Below, one piece after another: positions 1-11,492 of a stretch of DNA of 64,000 bases. The stretch is from positions 736,001 to 800,000 of the forward strand of contig CAWKHF010000002.1 of NCBI GenBank assembly GCA_963849325.1. Direction: 5' to 3'. Both the position numbers and the translations under genes were made by a program. How positions within the stretch are numbered: position 1 is the stretch's first letter; each line of letters begins with the position of its first letter. Below the pieces are notes generated by a model. The model saw nothing but the letters and a program-made list of their open reading frames with translations. It was not told the DNA's origin and did no database searches. Source of the stretch: an uncultured Planctomycetota bacterium. Lineage in GTDB: Bacteria > Planctomycetota > Planctomycetia > Gemmatales > Gemmataceae.

Positions 1-315
1 GATTTCCAGCGACCCGGACACGTGTTCCCCCTGATCGCACGGGAAGGCGGCGTTCTGCGCCGGCCGGGGCACACCGAAGCGGCGGTGGATCTGACCCGGC
101 TTGCCGGGCTGGCGCCGGCCGGCGTCTTGTGTGAGATCTGCAGCCGAGATGGATGTCACATGGCCGACCGGGCCGAACTGTGGGAGATCGCCGAAGAGTT
201 TGATCTGCCCGTCTTCGCCATCGACGATCTCATCCGCTTCCGTTTACTTCACACCGACGAACCCATAACATTGGTTCGTCCGTCCGAACAACTGCGTTCG
301 GTCGCCGTCGTTTAG
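1..315 (+). CDS. ribB: 3,4-dihydroxy-2-butanone 4-phosphate synthase (C-terminal part, 5' end outside window)
   Basis: Frame 1 reads [31 protein letters not shown]...GVLCEI, RibB motifs; stops at 315 with no RibA domain. Confidence 0.9.
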   Translation, partial: DFQRPGHVFPLIAREGGVLRRPGHTEAAVDLTRLAGLAPAGVLCEICSRDGCHMADRAELWEIAEEFDLPVFAIDDLIRFRLLHTDEPITLVRPSEQLRSVAVV

Positions 316-345
316 AGTACCGCAGGCGCGAGGAACGAAGCGGGC

Positions 346-1873
346 ATGTCAAGTAATTGCTCCCTGATCGATTCGCGGAGGCATCGATCCATCGGACTGC
401 GGCTGCCGCTGTCCTACGCGCTCATGATGGCCGCGAGTATCGGTCTTTTCCTCCTCATACGCAGCCACGGCAACACCCTCGCCGGCGTGGCGAATGCGGA
501 GGCCGCGATCCCGGCGGCGCCGGCATCGAGCTCCCCGGATACGGCCCTGCCCCACGTGTTGCTGGCGCTGACGGCGGTCCTCCTCGTCGGCCGGTTGGTC
601 GGCCGACTGTTTCAATGGGTGGGACAACCGGCGATCGTCGGCGAGGTCGTCGTCGGCATCCTGCTCGGCCCTTCCCTGCTCGGCCGTCTTGTCCCGGGCG
701 CCTCGACGTTTTTGCTGCCCGCCTCAGCGGCGCCGGCCCTAAGTGCGATTGCGCAGCTGGGAGTGATCCTGTACATGTTCCTGGTGGGTCTGGAGTTTAA
801 CCCGGCGGTCCTCCGCAATCGGACCCATACCATCGTGGCCATCTCCCACGCCAGCATTCTCGTTCCTTTCCTGCTCGGCGCCCTCCTGGCCCTCGGCCTC
901 TACCCTCGGCTCTCGCCTGGCACCGTTCCCTTTACCGATTTCGCCCTCTTCCTGGGCGTGGCCATGTCCATCACGGCGTTCCCCGTGCTGGCCCGCATCT
1001 TGACGGATCGGGGGATCAGCCGGAGTCGGCTTGGGATCATGGCCTTGACCTGCGCGGCCAGCGATGACGTGACGGCCTGGTGCCTGCTGGCCTTTGTCAT
1101 CGGCGTGGCCCGGGCCGACCTCCGAAACGCCCTGGTCGCTACCGGCCTGATGGCCGGCTATGTCGGCTTCATCTTCCTGATCGTCCGTCCTCTCCTGGCC
1201 CGCCTGACCGATCGCGTGTCCCGGAAGGGGTTCACTTCGGATTCGCTGGCGGCCATCCTCGTCTGTCTGCTCCTGTCGGCGCTGACCACGGAATGGATTG
1301 GCGTTCATGCCCTCTTTGGCGCCTTTCTCTTTGGCGCCGTGATCCCTTCCGAGAGCGCGATGGCGCGGCAGCTCGTTCACAAGCTGGAGGGTCTGGTGAC
1401 GACCCTGCTGCTGCCGGCCTTTTTCGCCTTGACCGGCATGCGGACGCAAATCGGGCTGATCTCCGGGCCGGAGAACCTGCTGCTGTGCGGCGTCCTCATC
1501 TTCCTCGCCACCGCCGGCAAATTCGGGGGCACCGTGGCGGCCTCGCGCCTCACCGGGCTGGCTTGGCCGCCGTCCCTGGCCCTGGGAGCCCCTCATGAAT
1601 ACGAGAGGACTGATGGAGCTGATTGTGCTGAACATCGGCCTCGATATGAAGGTGATCCCACCCACGCTTTTTGCGATGATGGTGCTGATGGCTGTGGCGA
1701 CCACCTTGATGACCGCGCCGTTGCTCCATCTGCTCACGCCGAGATTAGGGGACGACCTCACCCCGACATCGGACTCCGCCAAAGTCCTCCATCCTCCATC
1801 GGCCCTCTTGCCCGCCCATCGTGCGGACATCGCCATGCTGCCGCAACCTGCGGCCATGTCCCAGCTTTCTTGA
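346..1873 (+). CDS. CPA2-family cation/H+ antiporter (one frameshift near 1593)
   Basis: [44 protein letters not shown]; continues as [15 protein letters not shown] in ORF 1595..1873. Confidence 0.9.
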
Positions 1874-2049
1874 CCGAATCACAAGTCTTGCAAGGACTTC
1901 GGATGAAGAGATTCCGAATGAGGAGCCGATAATCCTTTTCAGGCGACAGCGGCGCTCGCGTGTGGAGTCCGGGGACTCGTAGGGTGGGCGCCGCGGCGAG
2001 AGGCGGCGGCAGGGTAGGAGGCGACCCAAATATGATCGGCGAGGACGTA

Positions 2050-2781
2050 ATGGTTTCCAGTACCGAAGCAGATCAGCTCCGCCAGCAGCTGCTTCAGGCG
2101 CAAAAGCTCAGCAGCGTGGGAGCGCTGGCCAGCAGCGTGGCCCACGAGTTCAACAACATCTTGACGACGATCATCAATTACGCTCGCCTGGCCCTGCGCC
2201 AGCAGGACGAGGCGGCGCGAACGCAGGCGCTGGAGAAGATCCTCAAGGGCAGTCAGCGGGCGGCCACCATTATCAACAGCATGCTCGGCTTCGCCCGCAA
2301 CACTTCGACGCAGCGGGAGATGACCGACCTTGCTGCCCTGGTCGAGGAGACGCTGGTCCTGACCGACAAGGACCTGAGCAAGCACCGCATCCACGTCGAG
2401 AAGAAGTACCACGGCCGGCCGCGCGCTTCGGTGGTGCCGGCCCAGATCGAGCAGGTGTTGCTCAATCTGATTATCAACGCTCGCCAGGCGATGCCGCGCG
2501 GCGGCCATCTGCGCATCGAGGTGCGCGAGAACGCGCGCACACGCATGGTTGAAATGAGCATCGCCGACTCCGGCGTCGGCATCCCGCCGGATCGACTGCG
2601 GCTGATCTTCGAGGCGTTCTACACGACCAAGGAACCGGACGCCAACGGCCACGGTGGCACCGGCCTGGGTTTGAGTGTGTGCCGCCAAATCGTCGAGCAG
2701 CACCAGGGACGCATCCGCGTCGAGAGCCTCGTCGGCAAGGGGTCCACCTTCACCATCAAGCTGCCGATCCACGCCGAATAA
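2050..2781 (+). CDS. Sensorless cytoplasmic histidine kinase (HisKA + HATPase)
   Basis: H-box AHEFNNIL, N-box QVLLNLIINA, G1 DSGVGI, F-box FYTTK, G2 GTGLGL; start 2032 or 2050. Confidence 0.9.
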   Translation: MVSSTEADQLRQQLLQAQKLSSVGALASSVAHEFNNILTTIINYARLALRQQDEAARTQALEKILKGSQRAATIINSMLGFARNTSTQREMTDLAALVEETLVLTDKDLSKHRIHVEKKYHGRPRASVVPAQIEQVLLNLIINARQAMPRGGHLRIEVRENARTRMVEMSIADSGVGIPPDRLRLIFEAFYTTKEPDANGHGGTGLGLSVCRQIVEQHQGRIRVESLVGKGSTFTIKLPIHAE

Positions 2782-2787
2782 TTCCGT

Positions 2788-2862
2788 TTTTCGTTTCGCC
2801 GCGACGCGCAGCGGAGCGCGGGATTGTCCCGCGCTCCGCTGCGCGTCGCGGCGAAACGAAAA
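2788..2862. repeat. Palindromic intergenic repeat, family A
   Basis: TCGTTTCGCCGCGACGCGCAGCGGAGCGCGGGA-ttg-TCCCGCGCTCCGCTGCGCGTCGCGGCGAAACGA inverted repeat. Confidence 0.95.
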
Positions 2863-2881
2863 CCTTCAACAGGTACACGTA

Positions 2882-5339
2882 TCAGAACTTACTTTCGAGG
2901 GCGATGCCGACCTGACCGACGCGCGGCAACAAGGAACGGCGACACTCGGGACAGGAGACCGCGCCCAGGCGCGGAGGACGGCGGTGTGGTCGGGCGCCTT
3001 CCATTTCTCGACTTGCGGCAGAGTGGGCAAGAACTCGCTGAAGGCGTAGCGAAACCAGCGCTCCATTCGCAGGGTCAGCGCGTCGAGTTGGCCGGGGGAA
3101 CGGAAGCGCTGTTCGCCGAGCACCAACTCGCTGGAGCGCCAGCGGGCGTTGACCTCGACGACGCGCGGCCCTTCCCTGAACAGGACGCCTTGCAGGACGA
3201 CGCCACGGACACAGAGGAAAATCTGCGCCGGCCGCGGCTCGGTCACACCCGGGGAGGCCACAAGCCAGTCCGGCTCCTCCTGCCACAGCAGAAGGTCGGG
3301 GGAGCGTCCCAGCAGATCCGCACGCGCGGGGTCGGCGGCCAGGTCGAAGACGGTCAGCGGGTCGCCACAGCGGTCCCAGGGCGCGTCGCTCGCAGCGACC
3401 AGAGCAGGCGCAGGGCGTTGAGGCCCGGCACGTCGGCCGTGGCGAGCACGGCGCCCAGCGCCGGGGCCGTCTGCCCGGCGTCGAGCAGATTGCGCACCTC
3501 GAAGCCGGCCTCGAAGGCGCGATCGCACAGCAGCACGCGCAGCCGCGCCAGGTTGCCGGGAGTCCACCAGCGGGTGCGCCACCCGGCCAGCAGGTGCTCG
3601 ACGAATCGCAACGACAGACGTCCCTCGAAACAGCGCCCTAGCAGGTCAACGACCAGCGGCACCGGATCGGCGCCGCGCCCGACGGCGTCCTCGATCAGCA
3701 GACGGCGCAGGGCGGCCAGGTGGCCCGGAGGGGCGCTGCCCGCGAACAGGGCGTTCTCGGTGCGCTTGACCAGGTCGGACAGGAGCGCGGTGCGCAGGGG
3801 AGCATAGCTGTCTTCGCCGCTGACCAGCGCCAGGCCGGCCAGGAAGGCCGAGTCCTCGACACGATAGCCGTCCGCGTGCAATCGGGGGGCCAGCAACGTC
3901 CAGGCGTAGTTGCGTGCCCGGTCTCCGGCCGGTATGCGCGGCCGCCAGCGCCAGAGGGCCAGCAGATGCACCACGAGCGCCGCCAGCAGAATGCCGAGGA
4001 CCGGCGGCAACGGCCGGATGCCGCGACCCACCAGTCCAAACGCCCAGGCCAGGGCAAACAGCACGAGCGGCCCGGCGAAGACGATCAGGACGCCGCGCGG
4101 CGTCCAGAATTGTCCCGGCTCGCGGCCCTGGTATACGAGGGCGTCCGGCGTAACAATCTCCAGTTCGGTGCGTAGGCGGCGCTCGGACACTTCGACGCGG
4201 TAGCCGCCGGCGGAGAGCCGGCCGCGATAGCGATTGAGGACCAGCGGCGGCATCTCGGGCGGCACCGGCACCAGGGCGTAACACCACGGACAGCAGGCGG
4301 CGTGTTGTTCGACGGCCTCCTCGGTCAGGCTCCGTCGTGCCTCGTCATCGACGATGCCGTGCGCCAACAGCAGACGGTGAAAACGCCGCGTCCCGTCCTC
4401 GCTGTCCAGTCGCTGCACCAGCGTCCGGCAGTGGTCGAGCCATTGTGGTTCTCGCCGTTCGCGGTACAACTCGATCCACTCCTCGATCAGGGACCACGGT
4501 TCGCGGACGCGGCGGCCGTCGAGGAGCAGCCGGTGCTCGTTCCACAGGTGCCCGATCATCTCTGGGCGGCGCAGTTCGACCGAGCAGCGCGGACAGCTCA
4601 TCCGCAACTGGTCTTCCAACTTCGCGCGCAGGGCGTCGAGGACTGGGCTGTTGCCGGTGCGCAACTCGAAGCGACGCAGCCGTTCGATCGACCGCGTTTT
4701 ACTCAGGCCGCTGATGAGCGTTTGCAGGAATTCCTCGGCCAACGGTCCCTCCGCGCCGACGGTTCGCAGGGCGGCGGCGAGGGCGCCGAACTGGGCCTCG
4801 ACCGGCAGACGGCGGTCCAGCAGCAGACCGCGCAGCGGCGGCAACAGGGCAGCATCCAGCGGCTGCGGCAGGTTGGCCAGGGCGACGAGGGCGAGATGGC
4901 GAGCGAGCAATTCGCCGTCGGAGGCCAAGGCCGCCGCCAGACTGCTCGCCCCGCTTCGACCGATCACCGCCCCGAGCGAATCGATCACCGCGACGCGGCG
5001 CTCGGCCGGGACGCGCGTGAGAAGTTGACTAATTGTCGTTGCGAGGAACAAGTCGGCGCGCGGACCATGCTGCTCCACGGCGATGTCCGCCAGGGTGCGC
5101 CACGCCTCGGCGTCGCTGTGGTCGGCGATCAGGGCATCGAGCAGGGCGGCGAAGGTGTCGTTGAAGGAGCGGCGCACGCCGCGGAAGTGATAGAGGTGGT
5201 GGGCCTGGCGCAGGTGACTCTCGAAGGTGCTGGACGGCAGCGAGGCGCGGCACTCGGGGCAAACGAGCAGTGCCTCGGGTGGGACCGCGGCCAGCATCGG
5301 CCCGGGGAGGCGAGATTGCGACTTGTCGCCATCGGGCAT
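2882..5339 (-). CDS. Large hypothetical membrane protein with C2H2-like and CxxC zinc-binding motifs (two frameshifts, ~3380 and ~2960)
   Basis: Joins ORFs 3354..5426, 2866..3582 and 2882..3286; CPEC-x11-H-x4-H, CPRC-x11-H-x4-H, CPWC, two TM helices, terminal CPEC; start uncertain. Confidence 0.7.
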
Positions 5340-5445
5340 AATCGCCACCGCCAAGGAGCGAAACAGACGTCCCCGCGACCTCTGCTCCCCCCGTTGCAGC
5401 ATAGCCGTCCGGCGTTCCGCGTGCAATCGCGCCGCACGCGGCCCT

Positions 5446-6097
5446 CTACAGGATGCGATACTCGCCGAACACCTCGCGGATGCTGCGGCCGCGAGCCAAT
5501 TCCTCGCGGACGCGGTTCTCGCCTGTCACCTTTTCCAGGGCGCGCACGAACGCCGTCTCGGCCGCCTCGATTGGCACCACAACGACGCCGTCGATGTCGC
5601 CGAAGACCCAGTCGCCCGGCCGGACCAGGCAATCGCCGACGCGGATCGGCCGGCCGTGGCTGACGCCGTTGAGCCGGCCCTTCGAGTCCAGCGGGCTGAA
5701 ACCGGCGGCGAACACGGGGAAATCCATGGCTGAGAATGCGCGCCGCGTCGCGGGTCAGACCGTCGAGGACGACGCCGACCGCTCCGTGGGCGCGGGCCGC
5801 CGTCGAGAGCAGTTCGCCCCACAGGGCGCTGCTGCGATCGCCATGGGTCGTGGCCACCAGCACCTCTCCCGGCCGCAGTGCGTCGAGGCACTCCAGTTCG
5901 ACGGCGTAGGGATGCAACGGCTCGGCCGCGACCGACATGGCGCTGAGCGTCGCGGCCCGGCCGAACACCTTCCAGGTCGGACGCAGCGGCCGCACACTCG
6001 GCGGTAGAGCACTGTGGCGATGGCCGAGACCGTCGAGGACGTTGGCGAGGACGGCGCTGGAGAGCAGATCGCGGGTCTCGTCCGGCGGAGATGGCAT
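5446..6097 (-). CDS. RraA/HMG-aldolase family protein (frameshift near 5727)
   Basis: ALWGELLSTAARAHGAVGVVLDGLTRD and VRPGDWVFGDIDGVVVVP. Confidence 0.88.
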
Positions 6098-6113
6098 GAG
6101 ACGCTCCAAACGC

Positions 6114-6170
6114 CTCCGAGCCTGAAGCGTTAGCGAAGAGATATTCTTCGCTGACGCTTCAGGCTCGGAG
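6114..6170. repeat. Palindromic repeat, family B
   Basis: CTCCGAGCCTGAAGCGTTAGCGAAGA...TCTTCGCTGACGCTTCAGGCTCGGAG; near-identical copy at 36443. Confidence 0.9.
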
Positions 6171-6189
6171 TTGCCGCGTCTTGCGGCGG

Positions 6190-6777
6190 TCATTCGCGGA
6201 AGTCGCTGTGACAGTTGGTGCAGCTGGCGCTGAGGTTGTTGGCCGCCGCCTTGATCTTGTTGACATCGTTGCCCTTGGCGGCCTTGATTAATTCGTCGGC
6301 GCCCTTGCGCATGTCCTGATCGTATTCCTTCCACTTGGCCGGGTTCTTCTTGGCGTACTGGTTGGCGTACAGATCGGCCACCTCGGCGATGGCCCGGCTC
6401 ATTTCGCCGGCCTTGACGAGGTCATCCTTCATCTCCAGGATCTTTTTGGGACTCGTCTTGCCGGTACGGCTGCCGACTTTGCCAATCTCGCGCTCGATGT
6501 CGCCGCCGTCCTTGCCCATGCCGATACCGCCCTTGTTGCGCGGTTTGTACACCCACATGATGGGCTTCAGCTCCTCAAACTTTTTCTTCATCGCCTGGGC
6601 CTGGCTTTTGACGTCGCCCTTGTTACTCTTCATCGAGTCCATCAGCTTGAGGACGGCTTCCTGAGCCTCCTTGATGGCTTTCTTGTCCTCGTCGTCGTCC
6701 GCGCTGTAGCCGGTCAGCGACCACAGACTCAGGGCCAGCAAGGCTCCGGCGAACGTGATACCTGCGCGCCGTTTCAT
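6190..6777 (-). CDS. Cytochrome c'-like (class II) periplasmic cytochrome, copy 1
   Basis: Signal peptide, helical Lys-rich body, C-terminal ASCTNCHSDFR. Confidence 0.85.
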   Translation of the reverse strand: MKRRAGITFAGALLALSLWSLTGYSADDDEDKKAIKEAQEAVLKLMDSMKSNKGDVKSQAQAMKKKFEELKPIMWVYKPRNKGGIGMGKDGGDIEREIGKVGSRTGKTSPKKILEMKDDLVKAGEMSRAIAEVADLYANQYAKKNPAKWKEYDQDMRKGADELIKAAKGNDVNKIKAAANNLSASCTNCHSDFRE

Positions 6778-6847
6778 CGGGGTTACTCCGTGGATCAGGG
6801 GTTCGGAGAGGCGGCGAAACGAAGTTCGTTGTGGACAAGCCCTCAAG

Positions 6848-7452
6848 TCATTCGTTGCGGAAGACGCCGTGACATTCGGTGCAGCTGGCGCTGAGGTTGC
6901 CGGCGGCCTTCTGGATCGCCGCGCCGCTATTGCCCTTGGCCGCCTTGCTCAACTCGTCGGCGCCCTTGCGCATCTTCTCCGTGAATTCCTTCCACTTGGC
7001 GGGGTTCTTCTTGCCGTTGTCATCTTTGTATTGATTGGCATAGAGTTCCGTCACTTCGGCGACGGCTCGGCTGATTTCGGCGGCCTTGGCGAGGTCCATT
7101 TTCATGTCGAGTCTCTTTTTCTCCGTCATCCCCTTGGCGCTGCGCGTTGCCGACCTTGCCGATCGTCAGCTCAATGTCGTCGCCGTCCTTGCCCAGGCCG
7201 ATGCCGTCTTTCTTGCGCGACTTGTACACCCACATGATGGGCTTCAATTCCTCGAACTTCTTCTTCATGGCCTGGGCCTGCGCCTTGACATCGCCCTTGT
7301 TGCCGTTCATCGCGTCCACCAGCTTGAGGACGGCTTGCTGGGCATCCTTGATGGCCTTCTTGTCTTCGTCGTCGTCCGCGCTGTAGCCGGTCAGCGACCA
7401 CAGACTCAGGGCCAGCAAGGCCCCGGCGAACGTGATACCTGCGCCGTTTCAT
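6848..7452 (-). CDS. Cytochrome c'-like periplasmic cytochrome, copy 2 (two frameshifts)
   Basis: Near-identical N-terminus to copy 1; C-terminal ASCTECHGVFR. Confidence 0.85.
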
Positions 7453-7705
7453 GGGGTTACTCCGTAGATCAGGGGTCCGGAGAGAAGGTTATTCCTCGCG
7501 CCCGTGGACGACAAGTCCGCCCGGCGAATGACCCACGCCGCATTCTCCTCTCCGGCGGAAATGTCATCATAAAGTGCGCGCGCGACATTGCAAGAGGCGG
7601 CCCCTTCTTTCCTCGCGAACTTTTGCCACGGCCGGCATTGCAATCTATGCTTGAAGGCGGCGTCTTCCACGGCGGCAGCCCGCTCCGGTCCCTGGGAAAC
7701 GAAAC

Positions 7706-10102
7706 ATGCAACCGCTTGCGTCCGAGATCGTAGACGGACAGACCCGAGTCTATTCCCCGGCCAGCCCGGCCGACGCGCCCTCACGCTCGAAGCGCGAAGT
7801 CATCGTCGGCGTCTTGCGGCATGGCGAGCCGGAGAGCAAGCCAGGAAGTCAGCCGGCGAGAGAACCGGAGCTGCCCCGCGCCTCCGCCAGCCTGCACGCC
7901 GATGCGCGCTCTTTCCTCAACAAGCTCGTTCGCCTGTCGCTGGTGACTCCCGATGGTGTCGATCTTTTCCTCAGCGAGCGCGAGGACCGGCTGGCGGAGT
8001 ATCCGACGGGGGTACACATCGGTCAGGCGCTGGTGCAGGCCGGCATCTTGACGAACTACCAGCTCGACCGCGTCCTGGCGGGGACGACGCACGGTCTGGT
8101 GTTGGGCAACTATCGCGTTTTGGATACGCTGGGCAGCGGCGGCATGGGCGTGGTCTTCCTCGCCGAGCACAGCCTGATGAAGCGGCGCGTGGCCGTCAAG
8201 GTGCTGCCGGTGGACGAGGACTGTGCGCCTTCGGTGCGGCAGCGCTTCTACGCCGAAATGCGCGTCCTGGCCGAGTTGTGCCACACGCACATCGTCCTGG
8301 CCTACGACGCCGGCGAGGTGGTGCCCGACGACGAGACCTTGCCGGAGCTGATCTACCTGGTCATGGAGCAGGTCGAGGGCGGCGACCTGGAGCGGCACGT
8401 CCTGGACAAAGGGCCGTGTGACGCGGCGACGGCATGTCACTTCATCCACCAGGCGGCCAGTGGTTTGCAGGCGGCCCACGATCGCCACCTGGTCCACCGC
8501 GACATCAAGCCGTCCAACATTCTGCTGTCCTCGACCGGCCAGATCAAGCTCGTCGATTTCGGTTTGGCCCGGCAATTTTGCAGTCGGCTGACCGACCCGC
8601 GTGCGCTGCTGGGCAGCCTGGAGTTCATGCCGCCGGAGCAGAGCCACGACCCGTCGGCGGTCGGCAAGGAGGCGGACATCTACGGCCTGGGCGCGACACT
8701 GTTCTGGCTGCTGACCGGCGAACCGCCTTACCCGGTGGAGCGGCACGTCGGCGCCGCCCTGCGGAAGTTGCAGCAACAGGAGCCGCGACGGCTGCGCGAC
8801 CTGCGGCCGGACGCCCCGGAAGCGCTGGACCATCTCATCGCGCAGATGCTGGACCGTAATCCACTGCGACGGCCGGCGACGCCGTTGGCCGTCATGAACG
8901 CCTTGACGCCCTTCCTGGTCCAGGAGCCGGGGTTGCGTCTGCAAACCGGCGGCGATCGCCGGACAGAGGCCGCGTCTCCATCCGCCGGCGCCCGCCGCCG
9001 CCGCGTCCTGATCGTGGACGACGAGCAGCACATCCGCTTGCTGCACCGCGTCATCCTGCAATCGCTCGACTGCGACTGCATCGATGCGGTGGACGGCACC
9101 TCGGCCCTGGCCGCGGCGATGTCCAGCGGACCCAACGGCGGACCCTTCGACCTCATCCTGCTCGACCTGAACCTGCCGGACATGGACGGCTACGAGGTGT
9201 GCCGCCACCTGCGCGAGCGCTCGGCCAACGCGCACTTGAAGATCATCGTCGTCTCCGGCCGCGGCGATCAGAACGACCTGGCCGAATCGCTGCCGCGCGG
9301 CGCCGACGATTACATTCCCAAGCCGTTCGAGCCGCGCCAGCTGATGGCCAAGGTCGGCCACGCCCTGCGTCTGAAGGAGACGCAGGAGCGCGTTCACCTG
9401 CTGACCGAGCAGCTGATGCTGACCAATCAGCAGTTGCAGCAGAGCCTGGAATCGCGCGGCGAGGACGTGCGCCAGGCCCACGATGCGCTGTTGTTCACGA
9501 TGGCCAAGATGGTCGAGTCCCGCGATGGCGAAACGCCCGGCCACCAACGCCGCTTGCAACTGTACGCGCGCGTCCTGGCCCAACAGGCGGCCCGCCGAGC
9601 GCCGTGGCAGGGACTGGTGGACGACCGCTTCCTCGAACAGATGCAGCGCTGCATCCCGCTGCACGACATCGGCAAGATCGGCTTGCCCGACGAGGTGCTG
9701 TTCAAGCCGGGCCAACTGACGGCCTCGGAGCGTGCCCTGGTGGAGTCGCACGCGCTGATCGGCGACCGCATGTTGGAAGGGCTGGGCAAGGCCCACGGTC
9801 ATTCGCTGGAGTTTTTGGGCCTGGCGCGGGCGATCGTGCGGCACCATCACGAGCACTGGGATGGTCGAGGCTATCCCGACCGTCTGTCCGGCGACGCCAT
9901 TCCGGCCGCGGCACGCCTGGTCGCCGTCGCAGACGCCTACGACGCCCTGCGCCGGAAACGGCCTTACAAGGACGCCATGTCCCACCAGCAGGCCATCGAG
10001 GTCCTGCATGATTCCGAGGGGCACTTCGATCCGGCGCTGCTGACGGCGCTGACGGCGTGCGCCGATGAGTTCGAGCGCATCTACCGCGACATCTGCGAAT
10101 AA
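7706..10102 (+). CDS. Ser/Thr protein kinase - receiver - HD-GYP phosphodiesterase fusion
   Basis: [53 protein letters not shown] and [11 protein letters not shown]. Confidence 0.93.
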   Translation: MQPLASEIVDGQTRVYSPASPADAPSRSKREVIVGVLRHGEPESKPGSQPAREPELPRASASLHADARSFLNKLVRLSLVTPDGVDLFLSEREDRLAEYPTGVHIGQALVQAGILTNYQLDRVLAGTTHGLVLGNYRVLDTLGSGGMGVVFLAEHSLMKRRVAVKVLPVDEDCAPSVRQRFYAEMRVLAELCHTHIVLAYDAGEVVPDDETLPELIYLVMEQVEGGDLERHVLDKGPCDAATACHFIHQAASGLQAAHDRHLVHRDIKPSNILLSSTGQIKLVDFGLARQFCSRLTDPRALLGSLEFMPPEQSHDPSAVGKEADIYGLGATLFWLLTGEPPYPVERHVGAALRKLQQQEPRRLRDLRPDAPEALDHLIAQMLDRNPLRRPATPLAVMNALTPFLVQEPGLRLQTGGDRRTEAASPSAGARRRRVLIVDDEQHIRLLHRVILQSLDCDCIDAVDGTSALAAAMSSGPNGGPFDLILLDLNLPDMDGYEVCRHLRERSANAHLKIIVVSGRGDQNDLAESLPRGADDYIPKPFEPRQLMAKVGHALRLKETQERVHLLTEQLMLTNQQLQQSLESRGEDVRQAHDALLFTMAKMVESRDGETPGHQRRLQLYARVLAQQAARRAPWQGLVDDRFLEQMQRCIPLHDIGKIGLPDEVLFKPGQLTASERALVESHALIGDRMLEGLGKAHGHSLEFLGLARAIVRHHHEHWDGRGYPDRLSGDAIPAAARLVAVADAYDALRRKRPYKDAMSHQQAIEVLHDSEGHFDPALLTALTACADEFERIYRDICE

Positions 10103-10105
10103 GGG

Positions 10106-10170
10106 TTCGTTTAGCCGCGACGCGCAGCGGAGCGCGTTGCGCGCTCCGCTGCGCGTCGCGGCTAAACGAA
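10106..10170. repeat. Palindromic repeat, family A (between convergent genes, may act as terminator)
   Basis: TTCGTTTAGCCGCGACGCGCAGCGGAGCGCG...CGCGCTCCGCTGCGCGTCGCGGCTAAACGAA. Confidence 0.95.
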
Positions 10171-10173
10171 TCC

Positions 10174-11343
10174 TTATTCCAGCCAACTATACGGATAATT
10201 CGGGTCGTCGATATCCATCGCCGCTCGCGTCAGTCGCAAGGGCTGCACGGTATCGATCATGACGGCCAGTTCGTCCGTGCGCGTCAGGGCTCGGCTGGCG
10301 ACGATGGTGCCGGGGTGCGGCCCGTGTGGGATGCCGCGCGGGTGCAGCGTGAACGACCCCTCTTCGACGCCGCGACGACTGCCGAACTGGCCGCGCACGT
10401 AGTACAGAACTTCGTCGGCCTGTACGTTGGAATGCGCGTAGGGAACCTTGATCGCTTCGGGGTGCGTGTCCAGCAGGCGCGGCGCGAAGGTACACAGCAC
10501 GAAGCCGGTCGCCTCGAACGTCTGCTGCACCGGCGGCGGCTGATGCACTGTGCCGGTGATCGGCTCGAAATCGTCGGCGTTGAACGTGAACGGATAGACA
10601 AAGCCGTCCCAGCCGACCACATCGAAGGGGTGCTGCGCCAACGTGTAGCGTGTCAGACGGCAGCCATCCTTGATGAGGACCGTCGTGTCCTCCTCGCGGT
10701 CGATCACCAGCGGTTCGCGTGGACCGTGCAGATCGCGCTCGGCGAACGGTGCCCCCAGCCGCAGCTGGCCATCAGGGTTGAGGTAGCGCGGCGGGATGAC
10801 CACGTTGTTCGCCGCCTCGACGATGAGCAGGTCCGGCTGGATGCCGGCATCGAAATCGAGGCGATACGTCGTGCAGTGGGGGATGACGATGTAATCGAAG
10901 GGCTTGAACGACAGCACGCCGAACAGGCTCGACAGGGTGCCGTGCCCCTTGTGGATGAACAGCACTTCATCGGCGGTGGCGTTGCGATACAGTTCCGCCT
11001 GCGGCTGCGCCGGCCGGCAGAGGGCGATGGTCACGTCGGCGTTGACCAGCAGCGGCACGCGGCCGGTGATCGGATCGCCGGCCGGTTTCATGTTCCCGGA
11101 CTTCAGATGATGATGGCGCAGCGCCGATTCCTCGGCGAATTCCAGATCCAAGCGGCCGGCGGCTTCGATCTTGCGGACGCGCGTCGGCGGCCGGAGGTGG
11201 TAGGCGATGCTGTAGGCGCGGCCGAAGCCGGCCGTGGTGACGACTTCTTCGTAGTAGATGCCCTCGTTGCGATAGCCCGGCTCATGCCGGTGGGCGATGT
11301 GCCGCTTGCGCGGCAGCGATCCCATCTGACGATACGGCGGCAT
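10174..11343 (-). CDS. hmgA: Homogentisate 1,2-dioxygenase
   Basis: YRNATADEVLFIH, HPFDVVGWDG, VHQPPPV, VPYAHSNV, TLHPRGIPHGPHPG; adjacent to hppD. Confidence 0.9.
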   Translation of the reverse strand: MPPYRQMGSLPRKRHIAHRHEPGYRNEGIYYEEVVTTAGFGRAYSIAYHLRPPTRVRKIEAAGRLDLEFAEESALRHHHLKSGNMKPAGDPITGRVPLLVNADVTIALCRPAQPQAELYRNATADEVLFIHKGHGTLSSLFGVLSFKPFDYIVIPHCTTYRLDFDAGIQPDLLIVEAANNVVIPPRYLNPDGQLRLGAPFAERDLHGPREPLVIDREEDTTVLIKDGCRLTRYTLAQHPFDVVGWDGFVYPFTFNADDFEPITGTVHQPPPVQQTFEATGFVLCTFAPRLLDTHPEAIKVPYAHSNVQADEVLYYVRGQFGSRRGVEEGSFTLHPRGIPHGPHPGTIVASRALTRTDELAVMIDTVQPLRLTRAAMDIDDPNYPYSWLE

Positions 11344-11368
11344 GAAGCACCTCCGGAAGAAGAAGAAG

Positions 11369-11488
11369 AATTAACCACAGATGAACACAGATAAACACGG
11401 ATAAAAAAAGAGAGAAGAGAAGGTTCAAGGGACGTGCTCATTGGTTCTTTGATTATCCGTGTTCATCTGTGTTCATCTGTGGTTAATT
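11369..11488. repeat. AT-rich MITE-like element with 9-nt periodic inverted arms, family C
   Basis: AATTAACCACAGATGAACACAGATAAACACGGATAA ... TTATCCGTGTTCATCTGTGTTCATCTGTGGTTAATT. Confidence 0.9.
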
Positions 11489-11492
11489 GATT

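Noticed and set aside
7781-10186. Long antisense ORFs here and elsewhere (e.g. 29039..30793, 52770..54347)
   Set aside because: Shadow ORFs typical of high-GC DNA opposite well-supported genes.
11369-11488. Possible CRISPR array from short periodic repeats
   Set aside because: Only 9-nt units in inverted arms, no spacers, no cas genes.
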